Origin: Candidatus Hydrogenedentota bacterium
GTDB taxonomy: Bacteria > Hydrogenedentota > Hydrogenedentia > Hydrogenedentales > SLHB01
DNA length: 61,379 nucleotides
Assembly (NCBI GenBank): GCA_034408725.1
Contig: JAWXCN010000222.1
Coordinates: 1-61,379 of the forward strand
Direction: 5' to 3'
Shown here: positions 39,140-49,007 of the stretch, piece after piece
Numbering within the stretch: the first letter of the stretch is position 1
How the letters are laid out: each line of letters starts with the position of its first letter
Notes under the pieces: model-generated
Told to the model about the DNA's origin: nothing
The model's database searches: none
Seen by the model: only the letters and a program-made list of their open reading frames with translations
Program-made: the position numbers and the translations under genes

Positions 39140-40069
39140 ATGTCCGAAGAAAAACGAGGTTTTTTTGGGCGGTTGCGAGACCGTCTGTCAAAGACCCGCG
39201 AGAGTTTCGTCGCCAACGTGCGCGGAATTTTTGCGGGTCGTTCCGCTGTCGACGACGAGCTTCTCGAAGAACTCGAACAGGTACTCATCCAGGCGGATAT
39301 TGGCGTCGAGACCACCATGACTGTCATCGCGGACATGCGGCGCCTCGCGCGCGAACGCCGCGTAAGCACGCCCGACGATTTTCTCGCGCTACTGAAAGAC
39401 GAGCTCATCAAAACGCTCGAACCGGGCGATCACACCTTAACGTGGAACGGCGGCGACGGGCCTCACGTTACATTGATTGCCGGGGTCAATGGCTCCGGCA
39501 AAACCACTACAACCGGCAAGATAGCCGCCAAACTCAAGGCCAGCGGCAAAACGGTAATGCTGGGCGCGGCGGACACCTTTCGCGCGGCGGCTGTCGAACA
39601 GCTCACGGTGTGGAGCGATCGCGCGGGCGTTCCAATCATAAAGCACCAGAACGGCGCGGACCCCGCGGCGGTCGCGTTTGACGCGGCGGATGCGGCGGTA
39701 TCGCGCAACATTGACTGCCTGCTCATCGATACTGCCGGCCGTTTGCACACCAAAGTCAACCTGATGGAAGAGTTGCGCAAGGTGCAGCGCGTGATTGCAA
39801 AGCGCATACCCGGCGCGCCCCACGAAGTCTTGCTCGTTCTCGACGCCACCACCGGCCAGAATGGTCTTCAGCAGGCCCGCGTGTTCACAGAAGCCCTAAC
39901 GGTGACCGGCATCGTGCTCACAAAACTCGACGGCACCGCTAAAGGCGGCATCGCGGTCGCCATTCAGAAGCAGTTGGGAATTCCCATTAAGCTCATCGGC
40001 GTAGGTGAAGGCGTCGACGATCTTCAACCCTTCAACGCACGGGAATTCGTAGAAGCTCTGTTCACATAA
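39140..40069 (+). CDS. ftsY: SRP receptor GTPase FtsY
   Basis: GVNGSGKTTT, DTFRAAA, DTAGR, TKLDGTAKGG, GVGEGVDDL. Confidence 0.97.
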   Translation: MSEEKRGFFGRLRDRLSKTRESFVANVRGIFAGRSAVDDELLEELEQVLIQADIGVETTMTVIADMRRLARERRVSTPDDFLALLKDELIKTLEPGDHTLTWNGGDGPHVTLIAGVNGSGKTTTTGKIAAKLKASGKTVMLGAADTFRAAAVEQLTVWSDRAGVPIIKHQNGADPAAVAFDAADAAVSRNIDCLLIDTAGRLHTKVNLMEELRKVQRVIAKRIPGAPHEVLLVLDATTGQNGLQQARVFTEALTVTGIVLTKLDGTAKGGIAVAIQKQLGIPIKLIGVGEGVDDLQPFNAREFVEALFT

Positions 40070-40124
40070 CGCTTCTTGTTGGGCAATCGCGTTTAATTGC
40101 GATGCGATCTTGGCCCAGGGAATC

Positions 40125-40333
40125 GAAAGCGGCGGCTACCCGCTTTCGCACTCCAAGGCTTTGGACTGCGGTAGCGGAGTCCGCTTCGGACGCAGCTACC
40201 GCTTTCGCTTCGGATTTCAAGTGGTCTTGAGCAGTTGCTTGGCGCGATTGGTCTCTTGAAGTAAAAGCGGCAGCTACCCGCTGCCGCACTCCAAGGCGCA
40301 CGGCAACGACGCGATAAACAGCCAAAGAGGCGG
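40125..40333. repeat. REP-like palindrome cluster
   Basis: AAAGCGGC..CGCACTCCAAGGC twice, TTGGACTGCGGTAGC...GCTACCGCTTT, GATAAACAGCCAAAG. Confidence 0.8.
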
Positions 40334-40667
40334 CCGCGCCCGCAGCGGTTCGGGCGCGGCCTGGGAAGATAGAGGGGGGGACCCTCGTGATGGCGCATTA
40401 TCGATTCGGACGCGTTCTTTGCGACCGTCTAAACACTAATACAATCCACCGTTTTCCCCATTACAGCCTTAACCAAACATTCACGAAGCACTAACCTGCG
40501 GCAAATCATCAAGCCGTAAACTTTTTTCGTTAAGAATAATAATTGCCTGTCCAGGAGCTTCCGTGGTCGACTCACCACATCCCCCTTTCCCCCAAGGTCG
40601 GATCACGGAAGCTCCGGTCCCTTGAACAAAAATGGGTGAGGAAGCTCGACAAAAGGAAAGCTGCTGC

Positions 40668-40832
40668 ATGAACAACGGATACGTCTATCAACAATTTGGC
40701 GTGTGGTGGGTGTTTATCGAAAGCTCGCTACGCGGACCCATCCGTCTTAGCGGCCCGTACCGCGATCGTGATGCCGCTGAAGCCGCGATGCTGTCGTTGG
40801 AAATAGCCGGGCGGTTACCGTCGGCATCGTAG
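40668..40832 (+). CDS. Small hypothetical protein (54 aa)
   Basis: MNNGYVYQQFGVWWVF...SGPYRDRDAAEAAM; AAGGA upstream; converges on the NtrC-family gene. Confidence 0.55.
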   Translation: MNNGYVYQQFGVWWVFIESSLRGPIRLSGPYRDRDAAEAAMLSLEIAGRLPSAS

Positions 40833-40835
40833 GGC

Positions 40836-42209
40836 CTACTTCAATCCGTACTTCTTAATCTTGTATTGAAGCGTCGTGCGCTTCAGTCCGAGATGATCGG
40901 CGGCTTTTGTTTTGTTCCAATGAAACCGGCTCAGCGCGGCGGCAATCATTTCAGATTCCATATGATCGGTGCGTTCCACCAGCGATGCCGTATCGAGCAA
41001 GGTGCTTGGATCGGATTCGAGTTCTTCCTGCATGAAAAACATGTCGGGCGGAATCACGTCGCGCGTAATTGTGCTGCCTTCCGCGAGAACCACGGCGCGT
41101 TCGAGCACGTTCTCGAGCTCGCGCACGTTGCCCGGCCACGGATAACGCATGAAGAAGCTCATCACGTCGTCTTCGATTTGCGTGATTTCCTTGCCCAGTT
41201 CAAAGCTGAACTTTTTCAGAAAATGATCGATGAGCGCGGGGATGTCGTCAGGCCGCGAACGTAGCGGCTCGACGCGCAGTGAAAACACGTTCAGCCGGTA
41301 ATAAAAGTCTTCCCGGAATGTGCCGACACTAATCGCCTCGCGCAGGTCCCGATTGGTCGCGGCGATAATCCGCGTATCCACACGCACGACCTGGTTGCCG
41401 CCTACGCGTTCGAATTCGCCCTCCTGCAATACGCGCAAGAGCTTGGTCTGGATGTTCGGATCAATCTCCCCAACTTCATCGAGAAACAGCGTGCCCGTGT
41501 GCGCGCGCTCGAAACGCCCTTGACGTTGGCTGACTGCACCGGTGAATGCGCCTTTCTCATGCCCAAACAATTCACTTTCGAGAACGCCGGTGGCCAGCGC
41601 GGCGCAGTTCAACGCGACAAACGGCCGGTCGTTGCGCGGGCTGGAATCATGAATGGCGCGGGCAACCAATTCTTTACCCGTGCCACTCGGGCCGGTGATC
41701 AGCACCGAGCTTCGGCTCGGCCCAATCTTTTGAATCATCTTGAGTAGTTGTTTGCTCTCTTTGCTATATCCAACGATTTGACGATCATTGCTCACCGTTA
41801 GGGGCGTGCGTTGCGCGTATTCGCGGACCGGGCGTTCACCGATGATTTTGTCGACCTTCAGTTCGATTTCCGCCAGCTTGAACGGCTTGGCGATAAAATC
41901 GCGCGCGCCGAGCCGCATGGCTTCGACCGCCGTATCAATCGTCCCGTACGCGGTAATCATTATCACGGGGCTATCATGCGAAGACGCGCGCGCGGACCGC
42001 AGCACCGCCAGCCCGTCGCGTTCGGGCATTTTGAGGTCCGTGATAATGACGTCGAACGCTCGCTGGTTGATGACTTCGATGGCCTTGCTGCCATTGGACG
42101 CCGTGGTGACGTCGAACCCCCGGTCCGTGAAGGTTCCTTCCAGCATTTGGCACATGCCTGGCTCATCGTCCACGACGAGCATATGTCGGCGCGGGCTAAT
42201 CGTGGCCAC
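40836..42209 (-). CDS. Sigma-54-dependent response regulator (NtrC/AtoC family)
   Basis: Receiver VVDDE/TDLKMP, GPSGTGKE, GAFTGA, LFLDE, WPGNVRELEN, Fis-type HTH. Confidence 0.95.
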   Translation of the reverse strand: MATISPRRHMLVVDDEPGMCQMLEGTFTDRGFDVTTASNGSKAIEVINQRAFDVIITDLKMPERDGLAVLRSARASSHDSPVIMITAYGTIDTAVEAMRLGARDFIAKPFKLAEIELKVDKIIGERPVREYAQRTPLTVSNDRQIVGYSKESKQLLKMIQKIGPSRSSVLITGPSGTGKELVARAIHDSSPRNDRPFVALNCAALATGVLESELFGHEKGAFTGAVSQRQGRFERAHTGTLFLDEVGEIDPNIQTKLLRVLQEGEFERVGGNQVVRVDTRIIAATNRDLREAISVGTFREDFYYRLNVFSLRVEPLRSRPDDIPALIDHFLKKFSFELGKEITQIEDDVMSFFMRYPWPGNVRELENVLERAVVLAEGSTITRDVIPPDMFFMQEELESDPSTLLDTASLVERTDHMESEMIAAALSRFHWNKTKAADHLGLKRTTLQYKIKKYGLK

Positions 42210-42353
42210 AGTGCTCAGTCTCCCAAGGGCGAATTCCCCCGTCGAAACTGTACCACCTACTCCGAATTTCTGTCAACTGTTTCTCGAAAAGCTAGTCCAC
42301 ATATTCGGCAAAACAATAAATCCGCGTTTCTGTACTGCGAATTATGTTCAAGT

Positions 42354-42707
42354 CTACCGATCCTCGCCGAACAGGTTCTTGAACCGATCCAGCTTCTCCG
42401 CGTCCGATTGGCCCGGCTCGTCACCGAACAAGGTGTCCATCGCGCCCCGGGCTGAAGCGGCCTTTGCGGTGTTTTCGTTTGCGGCGCCAGCGATCCTGAA
42501 TTCAAATTCATCGCAGAAATTGGTTCCTGCCTTGTCACCGACCCAATCGGTATTCGGAATGGCGCACTGGTTGTGATAGGCTGGGTTGTGGTGACGGCAG
42601 TTCAGGCAACAATGCAGGTAAGACGTGCAGTGGGCGCAAAATTCCTTTACGCCCGGCACGCGCTTGATGCTGTCCCACTCGGCGCCGCAGCGATGGCACC
42701 GTCGCAT
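42354..42707 (-). CDS. Cys-rich hypothetical protein (putative metal-binding)
   Basis: CHRC, CAHC, HCCLNC, QC, NFCDEF; AGGAG RBS before ATG 42707. Confidence 0.8.
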   Translation of the reverse strand: MRRCHRCGAEWDSIKRVPGVKEFCAHCTSYLHCCLNCRHHNPAYHNQCAIPNTDWVGDKAGTNFCDEFEFRIAGAANENTAKAASARGAMDTLFGDEPGQSDAEKLDRFKNLFGEDR

Positions 42708-42766
42708 CGCACATCTCCTGTTTTCATTTGCTCGCGACGGGGATACCGTAGCATTTTTCATTGCAG

Positions 42767-44830
42767 CTAACGAACCGCGGGACCTGCGCCTTGCCGGATG
42801 CTGAAATCCATAAGGGCGCGCGCCGTTGCGTTGTCCGGCCCTACTTCGAGCACCTGAAGAAATTCCAGGTGCGCGCGTTGGTAATCGCCCTGTTTCATGT
42901 ATGCGCGTCCGAGGTTCATTCGAGCCATGTGAAATCCGGGGTCTAGCGCACAGGCGGCACGGAAAAGGCGCGCCGCGGTATCGTAAAACCCATACTCGGC
43001 AGCCGCGCAGCCGAGATTGTTCAGCGCTTCCTTGTTGGCGCGGGCGATTTGGGCCGCGCGCTCGAAATCGTTGATGCCGGCGGCGCGCTGACCCGCGTCG
43101 AAGGCGGCGCGGCCGCGCGCAAAGTAATACTCGAATAAAATTACTTCCGCGGACCAATCATCTTCAAAAGCCGCCTCATCCAGCGTGCGCCACGTGTACA
43201 AGTCCCATGGGGAGGATTGCGAAACCGCGACACCTTCGGGCGCATAGCGGTACAACAGACCCTTGTTCCAAACTTGCACGCCATCCACCCTGCGTTGCGC
43301 GGTTGTGTACACGGGGCGGTCGCCATATTTGACTAGCCATTCAAACACGAGTTGTTCATCCGCCTGTGTCGGAATGCGGGCAAAACGCGACGTGACTTCT
43401 TCGGGCATCGCGCTGTACGCGGCCTCGATTGGATATCCGTAAGGGTTGGCTATGAGGACGTCCGTCCGCATGCGCTCCACGATCTGGTAGTACATCACCG
43501 GAAAGAGCGCGAGGTCGCTGTCGCCAAAATAAACCGCGCCGGGCGCAAGCGTCGACAGAATGTTCCGCGCATAATCGGCGGCGAGATAGTAATCACTTTT
43601 ATCATTCCGTTCGTAATGCGCGATCAGCGGCGCGCCAATGGCGGCAATGCACAATCCGGTTGCGACGATAACCCGGACCCCGGCGCGCGGCGTGGCCGAG
43701 CAAACGCCGGCGATGACGGCGCCCAGCAGAATAGCGGCGACCAGATATGCGGGAATCCAGTATGTCGTGTTGAGCCAGATGGACATGCGGTCCGTGCCGT
43801 AGTTCGGAATGAGGATCGAGCCGAGCACGTTGCAGACCCAGAGCAGGACAAGCATCGTGCATACGGCGCGGTGTCCCCGCCTCCACAACACTACCGCGCC
43901 GAATGGTGCGATCAAACCGACGCCAATCGTGAACTGTTTGAGGTAAATATGTCCGAATTCGTTCCACTGTCCGATGAACCGCGCCCAGGTGCGAGGACTG
44001 TCCGTAATAATAAATTGATATTGCGCGCGCGTGACAACGTCTACAAAACCCGCCCAGGTTTCCGGGTTTCCCCAGTCCATCGCCGGGTTCGCGGCGGACC
44101 GAATCGGCAGGTATAGGTAGAAGGCAAGTCCAGCGAGCGCGCACACGAGCGCGATCAGATGCATTGTCCACGCGCGCCACCGCATTCCAGCCACGAGGAG
44201 CGCGTAGCACGCAAACGCAGGCGTGGCAAGCAACAAGACGTGATGATTGGTGAGTCCGATTCCAAACAGCGCGCCGCATGCGTATAACAGCCAGTTTTGC
44301 CGCGTCTGTCCCCAGACTACCAGGAAAAGCAGGCACAGCGCGGTGAAGAACGCATTGAGCGTATACACCTCGGCGATCACGCTTTGCTCCCACAGCTCCC
44401 TCGAGAACGCCAAGGACAACGCGCCCGCAAACGCGGCGACACGGTTTCGCACAAGCATGCAGATGAGGAGCGAAGTGAGCATTGCCGTGCCGGCGCCAAA
44501 CACGGCCGACATCAAATTGGCACGCCACGCCATTTCGCCGGACGGGACAATCACCATGAACAGTTTCGCAAGCAGACACCACAACGGATATCCCGCCGGG
44601 TGCGGAATCCCAAGCGTGTACGCGGCGGCGATTAGTTCGCCGCTGTCTTCGCCATATACAGTTGGTGCGAGCGTGGCCACATAGACCGCCATCGATAGGA
44701 CAAAAACCACAATACCGGTGATGAAATCCAGCGGGCCCAGCGCACGGCGTTGGCGCAGATGTAAAACTGGTTGGACGATCTCAGCGGCATCCGGCACGGC
44801 TGCCGGCGATGGAGGGCCCGAATTTTCCAT
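42767..44830 (-). CDS. DUF2723/TMEM260-like GT-C membrane protein with C-terminal TPRs
   Basis: TLAPTVYGEDSGE, LGIPHPAGYPL, AEVY, GLTNH; multi-TM; TPR motifs. Confidence 0.88.
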   Translation of the reverse strand: MENSGPPSPAAVPDAAEIVQPVLHLRQRRALGPLDFITGIVVFVLSMAVYVATLAPTVYGEDSGELIAAAYTLGIPHPAGYPLWCLLAKLFMVIVPSGEMAWRANLMSAVFGAGTAMLTSLLICMLVRNRVAAFAGALSLAFSRELWEQSVIAEVYTLNAFFTALCLLFLVVWGQTRQNWLLYACGALFGIGLTNHHVLLLATPAFACYALLVAGMRWRAWTMHLIALVCALAGLAFYLYLPIRSAANPAMDWGNPETWAGFVDVVTRAQYQFIITDSPRTWARFIGQWNEFGHIYLKQFTIGVGLIAPFGAVVLWRRGHRAVCTMLVLLWVCNVLGSILIPNYGTDRMSIWLNTTYWIPAYLVAAILLGAVIAGVCSATPRAGVRVIVATGLCIAAIGAPLIAHYERNDKSDYYLAADYARNILSTLAPGAVYFGDSDLALFPVMYYQIVERMRTDVLIANPYGYPIEAAYSAMPEEVTSRFARIPTQADEQLVFEWLVKYGDRPVYTTAQRRVDGVQVWNKGLLYRYAPEGVAVSQSSPWDLYTWRTLDEAAFEDDWSAEVILFEYYFARGRAAFDAGQRAAGINDFERAAQIARANKEALNNLGCAAAEYGFYDTAARLFRAACALDPGFHMARMNLGRAYMKQGDYQRAHLEFLQVLEVGPDNATARALMDFSIRQGAGPAVR

Positions 44831-44913
44831 GGCCTACCGTAAGCAATAGTGAGCGGTGGTGCAAAAAAGGAAGGGAGGCGGGGAGCGAGGGAGGCAGGAA
44901 GAATAGGGAGACT

Positions 44914-45030
44914 GGAAGACAGGAAGTCGGGAAGACAGGAAGTCGGGAAGACAGGAAGACTGGAAGAAGTATTAACCGCGGTCCGTGTTAGTCCGTGTAC
45001 GTCCGTGTTGGTCCGTGTGTGTCCGTGTGC
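44914..45030 (+). repeat. Two adjacent short tandem repeats: 7 x GGAAGnnn (8 bp) and 5 x GTCCGTGTnn (10 bp)
   Basis: Read directly at 44914-44969 and 44981-45030. Confidence 0.85.
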
Positions 45031-45038
45031 GTCGTTTT

Positions 45039-45914
45039 TTACTTCGCTTCCACGAATCTAATGAAAGCTTCGAGCATCCGCTCTGGCGCTTCCACCTGCG
45101 GGTAGTGCCCTATACCTTCCAGTAACACGACGTTCGCATTGGGAACGATTCGCCGGTACGCCTCCGCCATGTGACGCCCGGAAATAGGGTCTTCCGGACC
45201 GTTTATGAAACAGCGCGGGACTTGTGCGGTCTTTAAGACGCCCACCCAGCGCTCTTGAAACTCGAGACGCTCGCGCATGTAGCGGATCAGCTTGTGCATG
45301 ATACGGCGGCCGCCGTTGTGTTCGATCAATCGCCAGAATTGGGAAAGCTCTTCAGACGTTGGCCGCGTGTCGGGCCCGAAAATTTCCGCGAAACTCACGC
45401 GAAACTTTCGCTCCGTCATCAATCGTCCGACAAGTGCGCCAAACGGGCCCGCGAGAAGCCGCTGCACGGGCCGTGGGCGGTGTTCGGCGGGAAAAATTCC
45501 GCCGTTGAGCAGGCACAGGCTTCGAATCCCCAAGCCCGCTGCACCCGTGGCCCGCAGGTCTTCGTGGCGCGCAAGCAGCTCCTGCGCGACGCTGTCGCCG
45601 TAGTCGTGCGCAAGAACGTGCGCATCAGCAATACCGAGGGAATCGAGCAGGCGCTCGTGCAACGTCGCTTGATCGCGCAAGGTGTAGTCGTATGCGCGGG
45701 GTTTCGCAGAAAAGCCAAACCCAATCATGTCAGGCGCGATAACGCGAAAACGCTGCGTCAACTCCGGCCAAATCCATGCCCAGTCCCATGACGCCGTCGG
45801 AAAGCCGTGTATGCACAACAATGGATCGCCGCGACCTTCATCAACGTAGAATATGGGGTTGCCGTTATAGTTAAAGGTATTGCCCTTCGCCTGCCACGCG
45901 TCCAGCGAAACCAT
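45039..45914 (-). CDS. Alpha/beta hydrolase (MEST/epoxide hydrolase-like)
   Basis: HGFPTASWDW, DMIGFGFS, AHDYG, GHYPQVE. Confidence 0.9.
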   Translation of the reverse strand: MVSLDAWQAKGNTFNYNGNPIFYVDEGRGDPLLCIHGFPTASWDWAWIWPELTQRFRVIAPDMIGFGFSAKPRAYDYTLRDQATLHERLLDSLGIADAHVLAHDYGDSVAQELLARHEDLRATGAAGLGIRSLCLLNGGIFPAEHRPRPVQRLLAGPFGALVGRLMTERKFRVSFAEIFGPDTRPTSEELSQFWRLIEHNGGRRIMHKLIRYMRERLEFQERWVGVLKTAQVPRCFINGPEDPISGRHMAEAYRRIVPNANVVLLEGIGHYPQVEAPERMLEAFIRFVEAK

Positions 45915-46033
45915 TGGGTGCTCCCTCGCCGGAGTTCGGGTTTTTCCTGATCGACCCGCGCTCCGATTCTTCCCGCCGTGTATAATAGCGTTTTCGTTGG
46001 GCCGAACAGCGTGAGAGGCAAGGAGACGTTCCC

Positions 46034-46921
46034 ATGGTACGGGTGATCACTGTTGGTCTTGTATGTGGGTTCGCATTCGCATCGGTCGCTTACGCGCAAT
46101 CCAGCGAGCGCGCGGGAAAACCATTCTTCTCCGGACAGTTCCTTCTCGGCGCGCACCGGGGTGGCGGCGATCTGTGGCCTGAAAATACGCTCTACGCATT
46201 CGAGGCGGCCGTAGCGCGATTTCCAGACATCGTGCTGGAGACCGATGTCCGCCTTACATCGGATGGCGCCGTCGTGTTGATGCACGATAAAACGGTGGAC
46301 CGCACCACAAACGGCACGGGCGAAGTCACCACGCTGACGCTCGCCGAATTGAAAGCCCTCGACGCAGCCCATGATTTTAGCACCGACAACGGGACCACGT
46401 TTCCCCACCGCGGGAAGGGCCTGACAGTCGCCACATTGGACGAAGCGCTGAACGCACAGCCACGGTCGCGTTTTCTAATCGAACTGAAAGGCGAGCCGGC
46501 GCTGGCCGGCGCGGCCCTGCGCATCATCGCCGCGGCCAACGCGGAGTCACGCGTATTGATTGCATCGTTTGTCGCGCCGACGATGGAACGCGCGCGGTCG
46601 CTGGCGCCGGACATTGCCTATTGCTACGACATGAAGACTGGCATGGCGCTGTTGATGGCATTGCGCGGCCCGGCATGGGAGACGTACGCGCCGCAAGCCG
46701 ATGTGCTGTCGGTGGACCAGGCAATGATTCCAAAGTACAAGTTAACTCCGGACGAAATCGGCAAGTTGCAGGCAAAAGGCATTCGCTTTCAGGTCCACAC
46801 GATCAATGATGCCGCGCGCATGCGGGAATTCGTCTCACAAGGCGTGGACAGCATATTGACTGATCGGCCGGACGCGCTCGCGCAGGTCATTGCGGAAATC
46901 AGGGCCGGCGCCAGTCCATGA
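46034..46921 (+). CDS. Glycerophosphodiester phosphodiesterase
   Basis: AHRGG, PENT, ETDV, HD, TIND, ILTDRP. Confidence 0.93.
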   Translation: MVRVITVGLVCGFAFASVAYAQSSERAGKPFFSGQFLLGAHRGGGDLWPENTLYAFEAAVARFPDIVLETDVRLTSDGAVVLMHDKTVDRTTNGTGEVTTLTLAELKALDAAHDFSTDNGTTFPHRGKGLTVATLDEALNAQPRSRFLIELKGEPALAGAALRIIAAANAESRVLIASFVAPTMERARSLAPDIAYCYDMKTGMALLMALRGPAWETYAPQADVLSVDQAMIPKYKLTPDEIGKLQAKGIRFQVHTINDAARMREFVSQGVDSILTDRPDALAQVIAEIRAGASP

Positions 46922-48093
46922 AGAAACGGATTATTCAAATCACTGGCGTAATCGTCACCCTCGCGATGTTCGGCGTCATTCTTGCCTTCGTGATCGTGCC
47001 GCCCTATTTTGATTGGAGCATGAACGCAGTCGAACGCACCCAACCCTATGCGCCTTCGGAAGAAACTACCGCGCTGCACGATACCCTTTTCGTTGCGGAC
47101 ATGCATTCGGATTCGTTGCTCTGGAACCGCAATCTGCTCGTCGAGAATGGCCGCGGCCATGTAGACATCCCGCGGCTCGCCAAAGGGAATGTCGCGCTGC
47201 AGGCCTTCACGATCGTGACAAAAACGCCGAAAAGCATGAACTATGAAAACAACACCGGCGACACTGACAATATCACCACGCTGGCGATCATGCAGCGCTG
47301 GCCAAGCGAAACCTATTCCAGTCTGCTCGAACGCGCGTTGTACCAGGCCGAAAAACTGTACGCCTTCGAGGCAAAATCGAACGGCGCGTTGACGATCATT
47401 ACCTCTGGCCGCGGCTTCGATGCGTTTCTTGAAAAACGCGCGGCAGACCCAAACGCCGTCGCTGGCCTGCTCGGCATCGAAGGAGCCCATTGCCTCGAAG
47501 GCGATATTAAAAACATCGACGTGCTGTTCGACGCGGGTATCCGCATGATGGGCATCACACATTTTTTTGACAACGAACTCGGCGGGTCCGCGCATGGTGT
47601 GTCAAAGGGCGGTCTCACCGATTTTGGCCGCGCCTGCGTCACGAAAATGGAAGAAAAAAATATCCTGATCGATCTCGCGCACGCTTCGCCAGCGGTCATT
47701 GACGACGTACTGGACATGGCCACGCGGCCCGTCGCAATGTCGCACGGCGGAGTTAAAGGCACTTGCGACCGCACGCGCAACCTCAGCGATGATCACGTCA
47801 AACGGATCGCGGATACCGGCGGCGTCGTTGCCATTGGATATTGGGATGAAGCGGTGTGCGGTCTCGACGCGCAATCCATCGTGAAGGCCATTCTCCACGC
47901 CGTGTCCGCCGGGGGAATTGACCACGTGGGTCTCGGCTCGGATTTCGACGGCGTAATTACCGCGCCTTTCGACACCGCGGGTCTCGCGGAAATTACGGAA
48001 GAACTGATGAAACAGGGTTTGCCGGAACCGGATATCGCGAAGATCATGGGCGAGAATGTGCAGCGCCTGCTGCGGGAGTCCCTGCCGGAGTAA
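46918..48093 (+). CDS. Membrane dipeptidase (M19)
   Basis: DMHSD, IEG, DLAHAS, SHGG, RNLSDD, GSDFDG. Confidence 0.92.
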   Translation: MKKRIIQITGVIVTLAMFGVILAFVIVPPYFDWSMNAVERTQPYAPSEETTALHDTLFVADMHSDSLLWNRNLLVENGRGHVDIPRLAKGNVALQAFTIVTKTPKSMNYENNTGDTDNITTLAIMQRWPSETYSSLLERALYQAEKLYAFEAKSNGALTIITSGRGFDAFLEKRAADPNAVAGLLGIEGAHCLEGDIKNIDVLFDAGIRMMGITHFFDNELGGSAHGVSKGGLTDFGRACVTKMEEKNILIDLAHASPAVIDDVLDMATRPVAMSHGGVKGTCDRTRNLSDDHVKRIADTGGVVAIGYWDEAVCGLDAQSIVKAILHAVSAGGIDHVGLGSDFDGVITAPFDTAGLAEITEELMKQGLPEPDIAKIMGENVQRLLRESLPE

Positions 48094-48779
48094 TGGAACA
48101 AACGCTCCGCGAAGTGGATTTGTATCCGGCCTTGCGCGCCTACCTCGAAGCGCAAGGCTACACCGTTCGCGCGGAAGTTCGCGACTGCGACGTCTGCGCA
48201 TTGAAAGACGGCGAGCTCATCCTCATCGAACTTAAGCGCGCGCTCAACGTGTCGCTGCTCGTCCAAGCCGTCGAGCGCCAACGCGCAACCGACTCGGTGT
48301 ACATCGCGATTCCGCGCCCGAAAGGCGGCGCGTGGACCCGCCAGTGGCGGGGTGTGCGACGATTGCTTCGGCGGCTCGAACTGGGCCTGATTTTCATTTC
48401 GCCGCGCGCCCGCATCCGTCCCGTCGAAATTCTGTTGCACCCTGAACCCTTCGCCAAACGAAAGCGCGCGCAACTACGGCGCGCCGTGATCCAGGAAATG
48501 AATGGCCGAAGCTCGGACCACAACGTCGGAGGCAGCAACCGCCGCAAACTCGTCACCGCGTATCGCGAGAACGCACTTCGCATCGCGCACCACCTCGCCG
48601 CCAACGGCCCAATGACAACCCGCGCCCTGCGCAAACTCGGCACGGGCCCCAAAACCACGCCCATCCTCTACGATGATGTCTATCACTGGTTCCAACGCGT
48701 CAGTCTCGGAACTTACTCCCTCACCGAAAAAGGCCACGCTGCCCTATCTGACTTCGCGGAATTAGTGAGAACTTTTTAA
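48093..48779 (+). CDS. DUF2161-like putative PD-(D/E)XK protein
   Basis: EVDLY, GYTVRAEV, IELK, QAVERQ, TAYRENAL, WFQRV. Confidence 0.85.
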   Translation: MEQTLREVDLYPALRAYLEAQGYTVRAEVRDCDVCALKDGELILIELKRALNVSLLVQAVERQRATDSVYIAIPRPKGGAWTRQWRGVRRLLRRLELGLIFISPRARIRPVEILLHPEPFAKRKRAQLRRAVIQEMNGRSSDHNVGGSNRRKLVTAYRENALRIAHHLAANGPMTTRALRKLGTGPKTTPILYDDVYHWFQRVSLGTYSLTEKGHAALSDFAELVRTF

Positions 48780-48819
48780 CTTTTTCGATTCCGTTTCCAC
48801 GTGTCGTTCTGCGTGGAGG

Positions 48820-48970
48820 GCTATTTGGACTGCGGTAGCGGAGCGGGTAGCGCAGACACCGCTTTGGCTGTTTATGGGAGAGGACTTCGTGCGCGCACCA
48901 CAGCAAGGGTAGGCCATGATAAACAGCCAAAGCGGCGCCTTTGGGGGCCGCCGCAGTCCAAATAGGCTTC
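48820..48970. repeat. REP-like palindromic doublet
   Basis: Same two units as at 11761-11914, in swapped order. Confidence 0.85.
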
Positions 48971-49007
48971 TGGTCAGAACGTTATTTTTGGTGCCATTGC
49001 ACCAATC

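Noticed and set aside
44914-45030. Possible CRISPR array (also considered for 58721-59087 and the REP clusters)
   Set aside because: Units are 8-10 bp or irregular, with no unique spacers of constant length and no cas genes
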